A DNA stretch of 56,688 nt, filler included, from Dimargaris cristalligena (lineage: Eukaryota), in assembly GCA_003614675.1 (NCBI GenBank). It is 5 parts of 5 records of this genome, joined end to end, with 100 filler letters (N's around TTAATTAATTAA, not from the genome) between each part and the next. Parts side by side here need not be neighbours in the genome. Positions count along the whole stretch, not along the records: positions 22,866 to 34,120 come from ML003122.1; positions 34,221 to 45,443 come from ML003123.1; 3 more parts are not named here. The stretch is one strand, 5' to 3'. Below the pieces are notes generated by a model. That model made no database searches and was not told where the DNA came from. It saw nothing but the letters and a program-made list of their open reading frames with translations. Shown piece after piece: positions 25,794 through 37,156 of the stretch. The translations under genes were made by a program, and so were the position numbers. The number at the start of each line of letters is the position of its first letter. Position 1 is the first letter of the stretch.

Positions 25794-28700
25794 GGAGGAG
25801 GGAGAGTCTCGCTGGTTAAACAATAAGATTCGACCCATTTTACCATGTACATGTTACCTAAAACCGTATGCAGCAGTATCGAGGTTCGCCCCCCTCCCCT
25901 ATGTTTATAGTAGTGGCATGCGTGCCAGAGTCAGTCATCTCTACTAGTGTGTATAGCATATAGCCCCGTAATAAAGCATCTGCCCATGGGCATCCGCGAC
26001 TGGTATTAGTGAAATAAGGTTGGTATGAGGAAAACGGCGGAGGACAGAGGGGCATAGTTTTTTTTTTTTGGAAATTTAGAGACCTAAATTAAGTGGCTGG
26101 GCCAGGGCCAGACACACATACAATACAGACACGGACGGGGTCAGCGGATATTGTCAGGGGCGGATGATATAGGGAAGAGAAGGTGCGCATCCCTTCCACG
26201 CCTAGATTGGGTGAGGTGGTATATTCATCTTTACTGTACTGTCGCCCTTCGTCAGTCTTACTTCTCTTTTTGGGGCGACTGTTTTGCTCTTTTGCTGGTG
26301 GAATTGTGTAGGAGGTCCATCCGCAAATTGACATCCTTATAGTGTACCATGATTTTAGGGTCGGTACTGAGGCGGTGATATTCGAGGTCCTTGAACCGGA
26401 AGAGAGAGAGAAGGTAGGGGAGAGGTGTTGCCGCGTTAAGCGTGATCACCCTCAGTCAACTACCACCAGTGACGAGTACTATATATGTGGCCTGTCAATG
26501 ATCTGTCACTCACCTTCCCTTTTTTTCCACTGTCCCAAACGGAGAGGTATATATGGATGGAGCTGAGGAAGTCCGCATGGGTAAATTAGAAGAATAAAAT
26601 AATAATAATCGGAAGGCCGAATAAGGACGAATATAAGCCGTACATCTATTTCCTTCTACGCATACACACCCACAGACAGATAGACACACACCCGCCGGTT
26701 TCCTTTAATCCGAGAAATAGGTGTGTAGTAGTGGCATATCGAAATGCCAGCCGACCCACCCACAGTAGCAGGCACGAAGACCAGGTAGGTGGAGGCGGAT
26801 GGACATTATGATGAAACGCACGCATCCAATACAGGCGGCACACACACACACAATATAGACACGGCGACCATCCAACTCTCCCCTTTCTCCCCCAGGGAGA
26901 TGAGGAGGGGGAAGAGGAGGCACGGGCACACGGAATGCCGCCATCATCGTCTGAGACAAAGGAGAGGAGAGGAGGGAAAAATAGGGAAGGGGAGAGGGAG
27001 AGGAGACGCGTGTATATAGTATAGATAGGCTTTAGGTGTGTGTGGATCCCGCCCGGGCAAGTAGTATAGAGCATATAGAGAGAGAGAGAGTATATGCGTA
27101 GCGCATAGAGGGAAGTTAGAGTGTATGCTATTGGATTAGGCGTGTGTCGTGTAGTACGGCACTGGACTGGAATGGTGGTGAGGAAGGGGAGAGGGGCGCC
27201 AATCCCCCTCCCTCCTCTCCCCTTCCATTCCCTCTTTAGTCCACACAAGAGAGGGGATAGGCGTATATATGTGGTGTGCACATCACACACCCATCCTCCC
27301 TCCATCATCAGCCTCTCGCTCGGTCCAATATAATTTTCATATAGTATCTTCATCACTATAATTAACAACCTCCTCTCTTCTCATTCCGTAGCCACCCTCT
27401 CCAAGCCTATATATTCACAGCCAAGGGAAAGAGTATATACGCGCACACCTCTCTCCTATTCGCCGCTGAAAAAGAGCGGATGGTTTGGTTGGGCGGTGGG
27501 TATGCGCGGGTTGCCTGTGTATCACATCCTCCCATATTATTATAGGCGTACGCGTGTGTGTGTGTGTGTGTGCGTATGTGGGTGGGTGTATGGTGTGTGG
27601 GTGTGGGTGTATAGAGGGGAGGGGAGAGACACCTTCCCCTTTCTCTCTGTCTGTTTCGCCTGAGCCGGAATGACCCACCTACCTATTATTCTATTACCCA
27701 CACCCATACACAGAGAGAAAGAGAGGGAGGGTGTATGCGCGCCTGTTATTAGCTGGTGGTATAATCAGCATACCCGCCCCTTTCCTGCCCCACCCATTTT
27801 TTTCAGCCGGTTGCCTCTCCCCCATCCACCGCTGGTGTCTTTTTTCGCCTTGTTTTTAAGCACAGGCTTGTGGCCTTGCCTTACTCTTCCACTCTTATCC
27901 ACACCAGCCTTTACACCACCACCACTACTCTTTTCCACTATATACCTCTCTCTTTACCCACCTATACTACTACTAACTTGCCTTCTAACTTACTTACTAT
28001 ACCTTCCCCTAGTACGCCTAGGTAAGTCCCACCCACCACTAACTAACTACTACTACCACCACTACTACTACTATACACACACATACACATACCTTCCCTA
28101 TCCACTCCCCGCTTCGACTCCTGTCGTCTCCCTTTCCTTTCCCCCCTCTTTCTCTCCCTTCTGCCCCGTTAGAAACCTGGTTCTCCCTCTATCCTGGCTT
28201 TCCTAACTAAGGCCCTTTGCCCTTCTCCCTCTCCCCCTAGAGCGTCTCTATGTACCAAACCTTCTATTCTCTTTACCTATATGGTAAATAGTTGGCTCTT
28301 GGTGACGACGACTCTGGGATACTCCCCAAGTTCAGTTTTTCTGAGATATATATATCTCGGAAAATTGGGTTTATCTCAAGCCTAGATTTTTGCTATTTCT
28401 AGCCGATGCCCAGATTTGGGAGTGCGGGAGGGCGGTGGTGTGTGTGAGCTTGGCACGAGGGCGGGGAGTCGAAGGAGCGGCCTTAAATGGTAGGGAGGAA
28501 CGGTCGCTAGCGCTGGAGATTAATCTGCCCGTAGCCCCCCCTGCCATGTGCGGGTGCGACGCGACCTAACCGACGCGTCGCCAAATTTCATTGGCGCGCT
28601 GGTTTTGGATCCTGCGACCCCTCTCGACTCAGCTATAATGCCAGTGTCCCTGCCATTCCACCCACCTTATTAATACCTACGAGATATCGTCTAACCCATT

Positions 28701-28824
28701 CGCCCTTTCCTTCCTTTCATTTGTATTATATCAATTCATCAATTACTATCACTATTATTAGCCACCGCGTCCTATCCCCCACCCACTCTCCCCCCTCACA
28801 CATATAACCCCCCACTCCATCACC

Positions 28825-29154
28825 ATGCCTAAGGCTGCCACTACCAAGCGCACCACCAAGGGTGCCGGCGTCGAGAAGAAGAAGCGCCGTGGCAAGAAGG
28901 ACCCCAACGCCCCCAAACGCAGTCTGTCCGCCTACATGTTCTTCGCCCAGTCCAACCGGGAGAACATCAAGCGGGACAACCCCGATGCCACCTTTGGCCA
29001 AATCGGTAAAATGATGGGTGCCCAATGGAAGTCCATGACCGATACCGACAAGATCCCCTACGAAGATCAGGCCCGGGCCGATAAGGAGCGGTACGAAGAG
29101 GAGAAGGCCGCCTACGCCGCCAACGGTCCCGACGCCTCATCTGAGGAGGATTAA
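28825..29154 (+). CDS. NHP6: Non-histone HMG-box protein
   Basis: KKDPNAPKRSLSAYMFF...FGQIGKMMGAQWK...YEDQARADKERY, 109 aa, basic N-terminal tail. Confidence 0.95.
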   Translation: MPKAATTKRTTKGAGVEKKKRRGKKDPNAPKRSLSAYMFFAQSNRENIKRDNPDATFGQIGKMMGAQWKSMTDTDKIPYEDQARADKERYEEEKAAYAANGPDASSEED

Positions 29155-29936
29155 TAATAATATCAATAATATTATTTCACACTTGGTGTTCAACCGAATT
29201 ATCCCATTTATTTGAATACTTTTTCTCTCCATGTTTTGTGTAGTTTGAGCATCGTAGATTATATTTTAGTCATTCCGGGAGAAAGATGTGTATGTTTTCT
29301 ATATTTTTCTTTTTCTTATTATATTTCACTATGTCTTTCTCCTAGTTTTGTGTAGACATTGTATGTGTGATTAGTAAAGCTAGGCTTTTAATCTTCGTTA
29401 TATATGTGTGACCCACAGTGTCTGACAAAATCGGCGGGGATAGCGTTGTTATAATGGTAGAGTCCGCGACGCGTTCCCAGACTCAGTAGGGGGAATTACA
29501 TAGCACTGGTATGTTGCTTCCCCCCAACCCCTTGTTTCAGCCTCTGATTGTGTATCGTACCGTATAATAAACCTGGGCTATTTATACACGCACGGTCCCA
29601 TACCAAAGTGCGTGGCATTAATATCACTAGTCTCGTTTACTTTTCCATCCACTCATTTATAATATCACAATACTATTATATGTAGGCTTGTACTATTTGA
29701 ATGATACTCTCGACCTATTTCAAAATCAGCGGTAAAGCTGTCCTCCAAAATTTACTAAATAAACCCCTATTCTAAAATATCTAAATTCGTTAGTAATGAG
29801 CGAAGTGGCTAGTCGCATCCAGCCATGGTTTACAAGAATAAAAAAGGCACTGCTCTATACTATACCACAGTTTCTGAACTCAAGCCGCTTTTATTTTTAA
29901 TTAGGATACGTTAGGGGTTTTTTTAGTTCTAGAGAT

Positions 29937-30714
29937 TTATTGTTTATTCCTACGCTCTTTCAGTTTCATTTCGAGTTCAACTTCGGCGATCTTCGTCATT
30001 TTTTCCTTCCGTTCATGAAGTAAAGTCTCGCGCTGCTCGAGCAGGTTGTATCTGTTAGTAAAGGGTTGGGTTATAGTGATGCCAATAAACCCGGATTCGA
30101 ATTAGTAAAGTAATGATCAGTAATAGCGGTGTAGGTGGGTGTATAAATCATTCCAAAGCCAATATTTACTACGAAAAGGCGGCAGAGGTGGGGTCGCTGA
30201 ACACACCATATCTCCCAGTTTTTACCTAGTAAATAAATAGTCACGACGAGTAATCTTAGGGCGGGTTGGGGTGGGGTTATCGAGGTTTGATGCCTATAGT
30301 TGTATCATATAATAGTAAGCGATATAATAGATTGAGTGAGTAAAAAGCGAATACCTCACACAATCTTAAGTAATAATTATTGCTGGCGTACAACAGTGGA
30401 GGCTTTACTCAAGAACGGATTACATGCGCTGGAACACACCCTCTCTCTCTTTCTCCGTTTTGACCGCATTCAGCATAGTCCTCGATATGAGTTCGTTCGC
30501 TTACCTCAGACTGACTATGTTCGGATGTTGGCGGTTTGGGACTATTAGAGGAATTGTTGCCCCGTTGGGTCATGTCAATGACGATCGCTTCGGGTTCTTT
30601 GAAATCCAGCCGAGCGCCGAGCCAGATCCCGGCAGGAATCACCCCAGCGATGATTACCCCCAGAGCAATGCGAGGGATTGTACCGGAGGTGGACAGGAAT
30701 CGTGGAAGGCTCAT
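29937..30714 (-). CDS. Small single-TM protein with a C-terminal coiled coil (possibly mitochondrial); exons 30714-30505, 30254-30226, 30051-29937
   Basis: MSLPRFLST..IALGVIIAGVIPAGIWLGA, then a 29-nt exon (ITRRDYLFTR), then YNLLEQRETLLHERKEKMTKIAEVELEMKLKERRNKQ*. All phases are consistent; last acceptor is tactaacag. Confidence 0.72.
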
Positions 30715-31388
30715 GGTAGGCGAGTGACCGAATGAAACTATGTGAATATGGAAATAATAATAGGAGGGGCACAATGCGACGAAACTGGGTAGAGAAATTC
30801 ACAATTCAGGAATAGAAAATATATATATATATATATATATCGAGCCATTTTATGTTACAATGGGGAAATGTATTGAAACAGTACAGTACACTCTTATCCG
30901 TTACGTTTTCTTTGGAATGGGATCAGGCCAATTTTTAGGCTTGGATACTGTGGTGAGTGGTGAAATAATTTTAAGTTGCTTAAGTCTTCTCATAAAAGCC
31001 CCCGGGATTGGTAAGAGTAGCCTCAGTGGACTGATTACCGTATGCATTCATGGTCCGAGAGTGGGTTAAAACCATAAACTGATATTTGGGGGGCACAGAA
31101 CAGGTTATAAGTGAGATAGGCTGTCGATTTTTCTATAATTCAGTAGCAGTTTTTTCTCTCCCTCTCTACAGCCCCGCTACCACACCGCTGCCAAACCCAA
31201 AGCAAATATTCTTACACTAAACATAAATGTGGTAAGGTTTATTATTTGTTATATTTTATTTAAAACTATTTAGCGATAGCCCCGGCAGTGTAGATGGGTT
31301 TACGCTCTAAAACGCTATAGGAATAGCAGATATACAACTAAAATCTTAATGGCGGCTGTTTAAAATTAAGCCACGAAAAGAAACCTAT

Positions 31389-32922
31389 TTACATCGCAGT
31401 GAGATGACCTCTAGGGCGGGCCACCTTATACTGCTCCGGCCATTTCACATATACCCCCAAATCAATACCGGCCTTCAAAACCCAAGCGGGATCCCGCATG
31501 AACGGCCGTGCCAAACAAATCAAATCGGCATCACCGTTCTGCAAAATCTCCTCCGCCTCCGGGCCCGTTTTAATATTACCGACGGTCGCCGTCAGCAATT
31601 TCGAAGCGGGGACGGCCTTCTTCACTTTAGCCGAAAAGGGGACCTGGAACAGCGGGCCAACCTTAATTTTCTGGCGCGGGGTGTTGCCACCGGTGGAAAC
31701 ATCCAACAGATCCACGGTGCCGAGTTTAGCGAGACGCTGGGCCAGCTGGACGGTTTGGTTACTGTCCCAGCCTTCGCCTTCCACCCAGTCGGTGGCCGAC
31801 ACCCGCACGAAGAGGGGCTTTTCTTCGGACCACACCGAACGGACGGCCTCGATGATTTCCAACAACAGCCGAATGCGGTTTGCAAAGCTACCACCGTATT
31901 GGTCGGTCCGGTGGTTGGAAAGCGGGGACAGGAACGAATGGAGCATGTACCCGTGGGCCGAATGGATTTCAATCAAGTCGAAACCCGCCTTTTCCGACCG
32001 CACCGCCGCGTCCCGGAACGCCTGGACCAACTCTTTAATTTGGGCCACGGTCATCGTGTGGGGTTGGGGGTAGCCTTCGGGGCCCCACGGCTCGTCCGAC
32101 GGTCCCCAGACGGTATCGTCGCTACTCCCTTGGCCTTCGGTCCAGCCGCCGTCTTTAGGGGTCGCGGCCTCGCGCGATTCGGGGAAGAACATGGGGAACG
32201 TGGACGCTTTGCGACCCGCGTGGGCGAGTTGGATACCCATGGGCGTGCCTTGACTGTGGGCGAATTTCACCACGCGTTGCCAGGCGGCAATGTGCTCGTC
32301 CTTCCAGATACCTGCGCAGTAAGGCGTAATGCGGCCGTTGGGCAGAACGGCGGTGGCTTCGGCCATGATTAGACCAACGCCACGGGCGGCAAAGGCCCCC
32401 AGGTGAACGAGTTGCCAGTCGTTGGCAAAACCGTCCTCGCATGAGTATTGGCACCTGTGGGAGTTGTTACAGTTCAGTGGCGCATTATAGTGTAATCCGA
32501 GTTAGTGGGACCATATGATACTCTTTTTTATTTTTATAATATTTGCTAATTGGGCGGCAGCAGTTATATGATGATATACTCTACCGGCAACTGGCGTAAA
32601 GTTCTAATTTCGCTAGGCCTTAGCACTTTGTTGGTACTTGGGTTTTAACTTACATTGGCGATACCATGATACGATTGCGCAAAGTAAGGTTCCGCAATTT
32701 CAGGGGGGTAAACAGTTTGGGGATTTCGCCGCCCGTGTCTTCTACACCATAACCCAAGGCCAGCCATTCCTTGGACGGCTTCACGGCCATTCCGGCGGGC
32801 GGGTTTTGTTGTTGGACATAATCGCGGGGGTCGGTGGTGGCGGCCAGGATGTTGTGACTATAGGGAACTGGCTTACCGGTGGGCCCGTTAGAGTGTGGGG
32901 TGGCAGTGCTAGATGGAGGCAT
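31389..32922 (-). CDS. NADH:flavin oxidoreductase / old yellow enzyme, YqjM-type; exons 32922-32654 and 32454-31389
   Basis: Splicing gives NRIMVSPMCQYS; also QLAHAGRKAS, EIHSAHGYMLHSFLSPLSNHRTDQYGGSFANR, RVSATDW. Confidence 0.96.
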
Positions 32923-33795
32923 AGTTAAAGTTGTTGTGGGAGACGAGGTAGAAGTGAATTAATTGTGTTTATAAGAGCCAAATATAATAAAATGATCGTA
33001 GAAGGTAGTAGTGCTGGTGTATAATGGTAAACATTGATGTAGACTATTATGACGGGGTTGGAACGGTGGGCAGCTGGGCAGGGCTTTATAGTGCTTCTGC
33101 GCATGAATATGGAAAAAGTGCAACCATAGTGGTGATGGCTGCTATACAGCTAGAGGGCCCGCCGATGATGTTTCAGATTGTAGTTACCGAATTATAGCGC
33201 GCCTATTATTATACTCAATTCACTTAGTGCGGCCCATTTTTTCCTGGCGGAACTCCCTCCCCAATTATTATTATTAATATACTGCTCCTATTGAACTATT
33301 TGCATAAAACTTCAGCCCAAACAGCTACGAGAAGTATTACAGGCACGGCGTCATACTGGTAAATTAGCGGCTGATTATCTCTAATATATTACGATATTAC
33401 TAATATCGATGTATATTATCTACAAAACCCAATCTATGGTTTTCTTATAGTCACCCCCCAAGGTATTATTATTAGTCGCCGATTTTTGTAACAAACATTT
33501 ACAATGACACCATTGTCATTGTCCATCAATTGTGATATAGTCGAGCGTCCAATCGCATGTCGGGATTTTTATATATAAAATATTAGCCCTGATTTAGCAT
33601 GGTGAAATTACTAAGCCTGCGGAGCCAGCCCAATAGTAAGATGGGTAGAGTGGGGCGTAGTTCAGCCTAACTGCATACTGATGGGGTTACAGGTATACAG
33701 TAGAGAAAACCAATAGGACATTAGGGTGGTCGGTCCCCCCAGGAAAAATTCAATCTAACCAATTGGCAACTGCTGTTAATAGCCCTAGAAACCAA

Positions 33796-33938
33796 GTGGG
33801 AGAAGTTCATCCAGGCTGTATAACGAAAAATCCATTAGATTCGGCCAATATTACTAGTTAAAAATATATTTCCCATATATTTTCCCATACACGTATAATG
33901 TAAATCCTTATATAGCTGGGCCGAATTTCACCCATATA
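33796..33938. mobile_element. Full MITE-like copy
   Basis: TGGGAGAAGTTCATCCAGGCTGTATAA...TTATATAGCTGGGCCGAATTTCACCCATAT, colinear with 35759-35902. Confidence 0.8.
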
Positions 33939-34046
33939 TACACTTTGTAATGATAATTATAAATCTACTGATTGCTAGGTTTGCTGTCGTAATCTTTGGA
34001 CTGGAGCTATACTCCATTTCTAGCATCTATTGGAGCAATTCGATAG

Positions 34047-34120
34047 TATATGGGTAAAGTTCAGCTTGGTTGTATAAGGGTTTAACCGATATGTGTATGG
34101 GAAAATTGGTGGGATGTTTA
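34047..34120. mobile_element. Partial MITE-like copy at the contig end, inverted relative to 33796-33938 and 22866-22954
   Basis: Its reverse complement closely matches 22879-22954. Confidence 0.75.
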
Positions 34121-34220
34121 NNNNNNNNNNNNNNNNNNNNNNNNNNNNNNNNNNNNNNNNNNNNTTAATTAATTAANNNNNNNNNNNNNNNNNNNNNNNN
34201 NNNNNNNNNNNNNNNNNNNN
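34121..34220. other. Artificial contig linker
   Basis: 100-nt N block with TTAATTAATTAA. Confidence 0.99.
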
Positions 34221-34395
34221 TAGTCAAATATATTTTTGTATTTATTGGTGCTTAAAAATATAAGTTAGTGAAGCCCCCTCCTTCTATTCGATGTCTGGTG
34301 GGTGTCTGTCTGTGGAAGGGGGGGGGGGGTTGTAACCTCGGCTAATCTAGAGGATGGTGTTGATATTCTCGGGGACCATAGGAGGGGTTATAGTT

Positions 34396-36106
34396 TTAGT
34401 TTAAGCAATTCCGGCGGAGATAGAGTCGCTCGACCCAGGCCTGTACTTGGGGGTGGCGGAATTTACCCCGCGTAGACTCAAAGAATGAGTCCAGGGATTT
34501 GGCATCACCTAGACGGAACATAAAAGTCGAAATATAAGTAATGATCATGATGCAGACAGTGTGGGTTAGCGCTACGGCTTCGGTCACCATTTTCGGCGGA
34601 GGGAAGTTCCCCAGTGTTTCTTAGCTTTCTTCCAAAAAAAATGGATCGCTTGAATTCCTCTTTGCAAAGAATCTCATGACGCCCTTTTGCTTGGAGTGGG
34701 AAGCCGGCTTACTTTTTTCGTACTCCACGGCCTGGATAATCATTTCGAACTTGTCTAGGTCTTTGACCAACCGGGCTTCCGCCGTTTCGCATGCTTCATA
34801 TTCCTGCCAAAGTTCGACCATTTCGGCCGCCGCGGCACTATGGCCCAGTAATTCACTGATATGTAGCATAGCCCTCTGGTGGTGGTTCCGTGGAAGCACC
34901 AATGGTGTATACATGTGAAAACGCAAATATAATTTAGGAGGTGCGGGCGGATTTCAGTTACGGGAGTAGAAATGGGCATCTATATAGACATAGGCAATGG
35001 TATTGGAAGCGGACTTGGCCAAATATGGAAGTATGCAGTTTTAATTGCAATTACAGCTGAAATTGTGAATGCGAGTAGGATACATATTCAATAATTATCA
35101 GGTCAACTTACCCGCTCTCTATCGTGCTTATCGGATTCGGTAACTCCATCGAATGGCGTTATATCACCCTATTAGTAGGATGTTATTATATCAGTCATAT
35201 ATCTCCGGCAATTAATGTATGTGTATATATACATATATATATATATTTAAAAAAGTGGTCTATAATGAAATAGACGATCCTGTAGAAAGTTCTGAGAGTC
35301 TACTTGGTATTAGTAAGGGGTGTAAACGCGACTTACCACAATCGACTCGGCCAGATCATGAACGAGGCTCATCTTAATGCATCTACAAAGGTGGAGCAAG
35401 ATGTACAGTAGAAGAGCATTCGATGTTAGATTTTGATAGTAAAAAAGCCCTCAGTAATTTAGTGATAAGCACCGATCCTGGGCCTTACAAATGGGGCATT
35501 GAATTTAAAAACCGTACCTATTGCGGTCCAAACTCGGGTCTTCAATGAGCATACTCATGATGGACATGCGATACATGTGATCAGCGATGGACTCCGGCTG
35601 GTTGATTCCGCTATTGATCCAACCGGTACGTTTGGTACGCTATTCAATGGTCCATGGATATATGTATATATTCGAGTGGAGGGCGAGCGGTTAGCCTTTA
35701 CATTGGGGACTCATTGGGGTGCAGTTGCGGGGTAAAATGAAAGAGTAACAGAAATACCATTTGGGAGAAGTTCATTCAGGCTGTATAATGAAAAATCCAT
35801 TGGATGCGGCCAATATTACTGGTTAAAAGCTATTCTCACAGATATTCGCCCATACACGTATTATGTAAAACCTTATACAGCTGGTTTGAATTTTACCCAT
35901 TTTAAACCTGTGGTTTAAGGCGTCCGGTATTAGGTAGGTGAAGTTCAACTCAAATGAGACCCTGGGAACTCTCCCATATTCTCCCTCTGTAGGGTGTAGG
36001 CCATAATGAAATATATATATATAAAGGGGTGGCCTACCTTGAGCTTCTCGACAATATGGAGAAAGTCGAGCAGTTGGTCAATCTGGGTCTCGGCGGGGGT
36101 CGACAT
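34396..36106 (-). CDS. HDDC2: HD-domain 5'-deoxynucleotidase (HDDC2/YGK1-like); exons 36106-36038, 35639-35518, 35382-35337, 35168-35112, 34875-34713, 34508-34396
   Basis: Spliced product: [74 protein letters not shown]. All five GT-AG introns are phase-consistent. Confidence 0.95.
35759..35902. mobile_element. Full MITE-like copy inside intron 1 of HDDC2
   Basis: Close reverse complement of 13339-13482. Confidence 0.82.
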
Positions 36107-37156
36107 GGTCTCAGTGGAGGGCTTCAAGGGCTGGCGACTATAAGCAGGGAATTGAAAATTTGGTACAGGGTATATGAATGCGGCAATTTACTACTGGTAG
36201 GTAGGGCGAATAACTTAACTAAACATAAACATAACCCGAGTTGATAAAGCGGAGGGAAACTAACTTGGTGACTGACAGGGTTTCTAAAGTCGCTGGTGCT
36301 GCTGATAGGCGCTATTAGTTCCCGACTCTTTGACGGGGGGTGTACGTAGGTTATTTTTAGTTCTTTAGTTGGTGTGTATTATTGTCGTCGGCCATTTTAC
36401 CGCTCGCCTAAAGGCTAATGCGAAAAGGTCAGTCGGTGGCCAATGATAGCTAATCATGTGACTGGGTTAATTAGTACGAGTGGGATGCAGCAATTATCAC
36501 AAGCATGTCTCCGCCGAGACGAGACAGCAGGAACCTTTGGCATAGAGCGTGGTGTGGTGGTCTCTCTGCCTTTGAACATAATTCCTTCCCAGCGGCATGC
36601 GCCCTTTCTTCTGTCCTTTACTTTCCTTTACCTCACTTTCCTATGCTTTTCCTTCCGACGTTTCCTTTTACTCCGACTCGAGCCATACCTTCCCCAAACC
36701 ACTCATATTATACCGCGGGTTGTTTCACCCTCCGAAGTTCTAGCGACACCCGTTACTGTGTGTTGTACGGATACTGAACGAATGGACTGCTCTTTTTCGT
36801 GCTACTTCTAACATTCCCCACCATTACTTCTCGGTTATAAATAAGCGCCCCTAGAAGGTACATTACATACCATATGCCCAAAGACTTTCCTTTCTTTAGC
36901 CCACCCGTCCAACCACCACCCGCTGCGTAATATTGTATTGTATAGTATTGTGTTGTATCGTGCTGCTGACCCAAGTCTCCCCTTTACAGTGCGTCTCTTC
37001 CCACTCCTATAGTTCAGTCGTAAAAGCCCCACTTCTTTTCTTAACCCGTTTTGGCTTTCGGCTAACACTCGAATTGTACCGCGCCGTAGTTTGACCCGTT
37101 TCCCCGCCCTATACAACGTAACCCCCCCACCCCACCCCCTCTATTCACCCCGCGCC

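Noticed and set aside
26646-28206. Long ORFs of 240 and 178 aa
   Set aside because: Translations of CA/GA/CTA microsatellite-rich promoter and UTR sequence.
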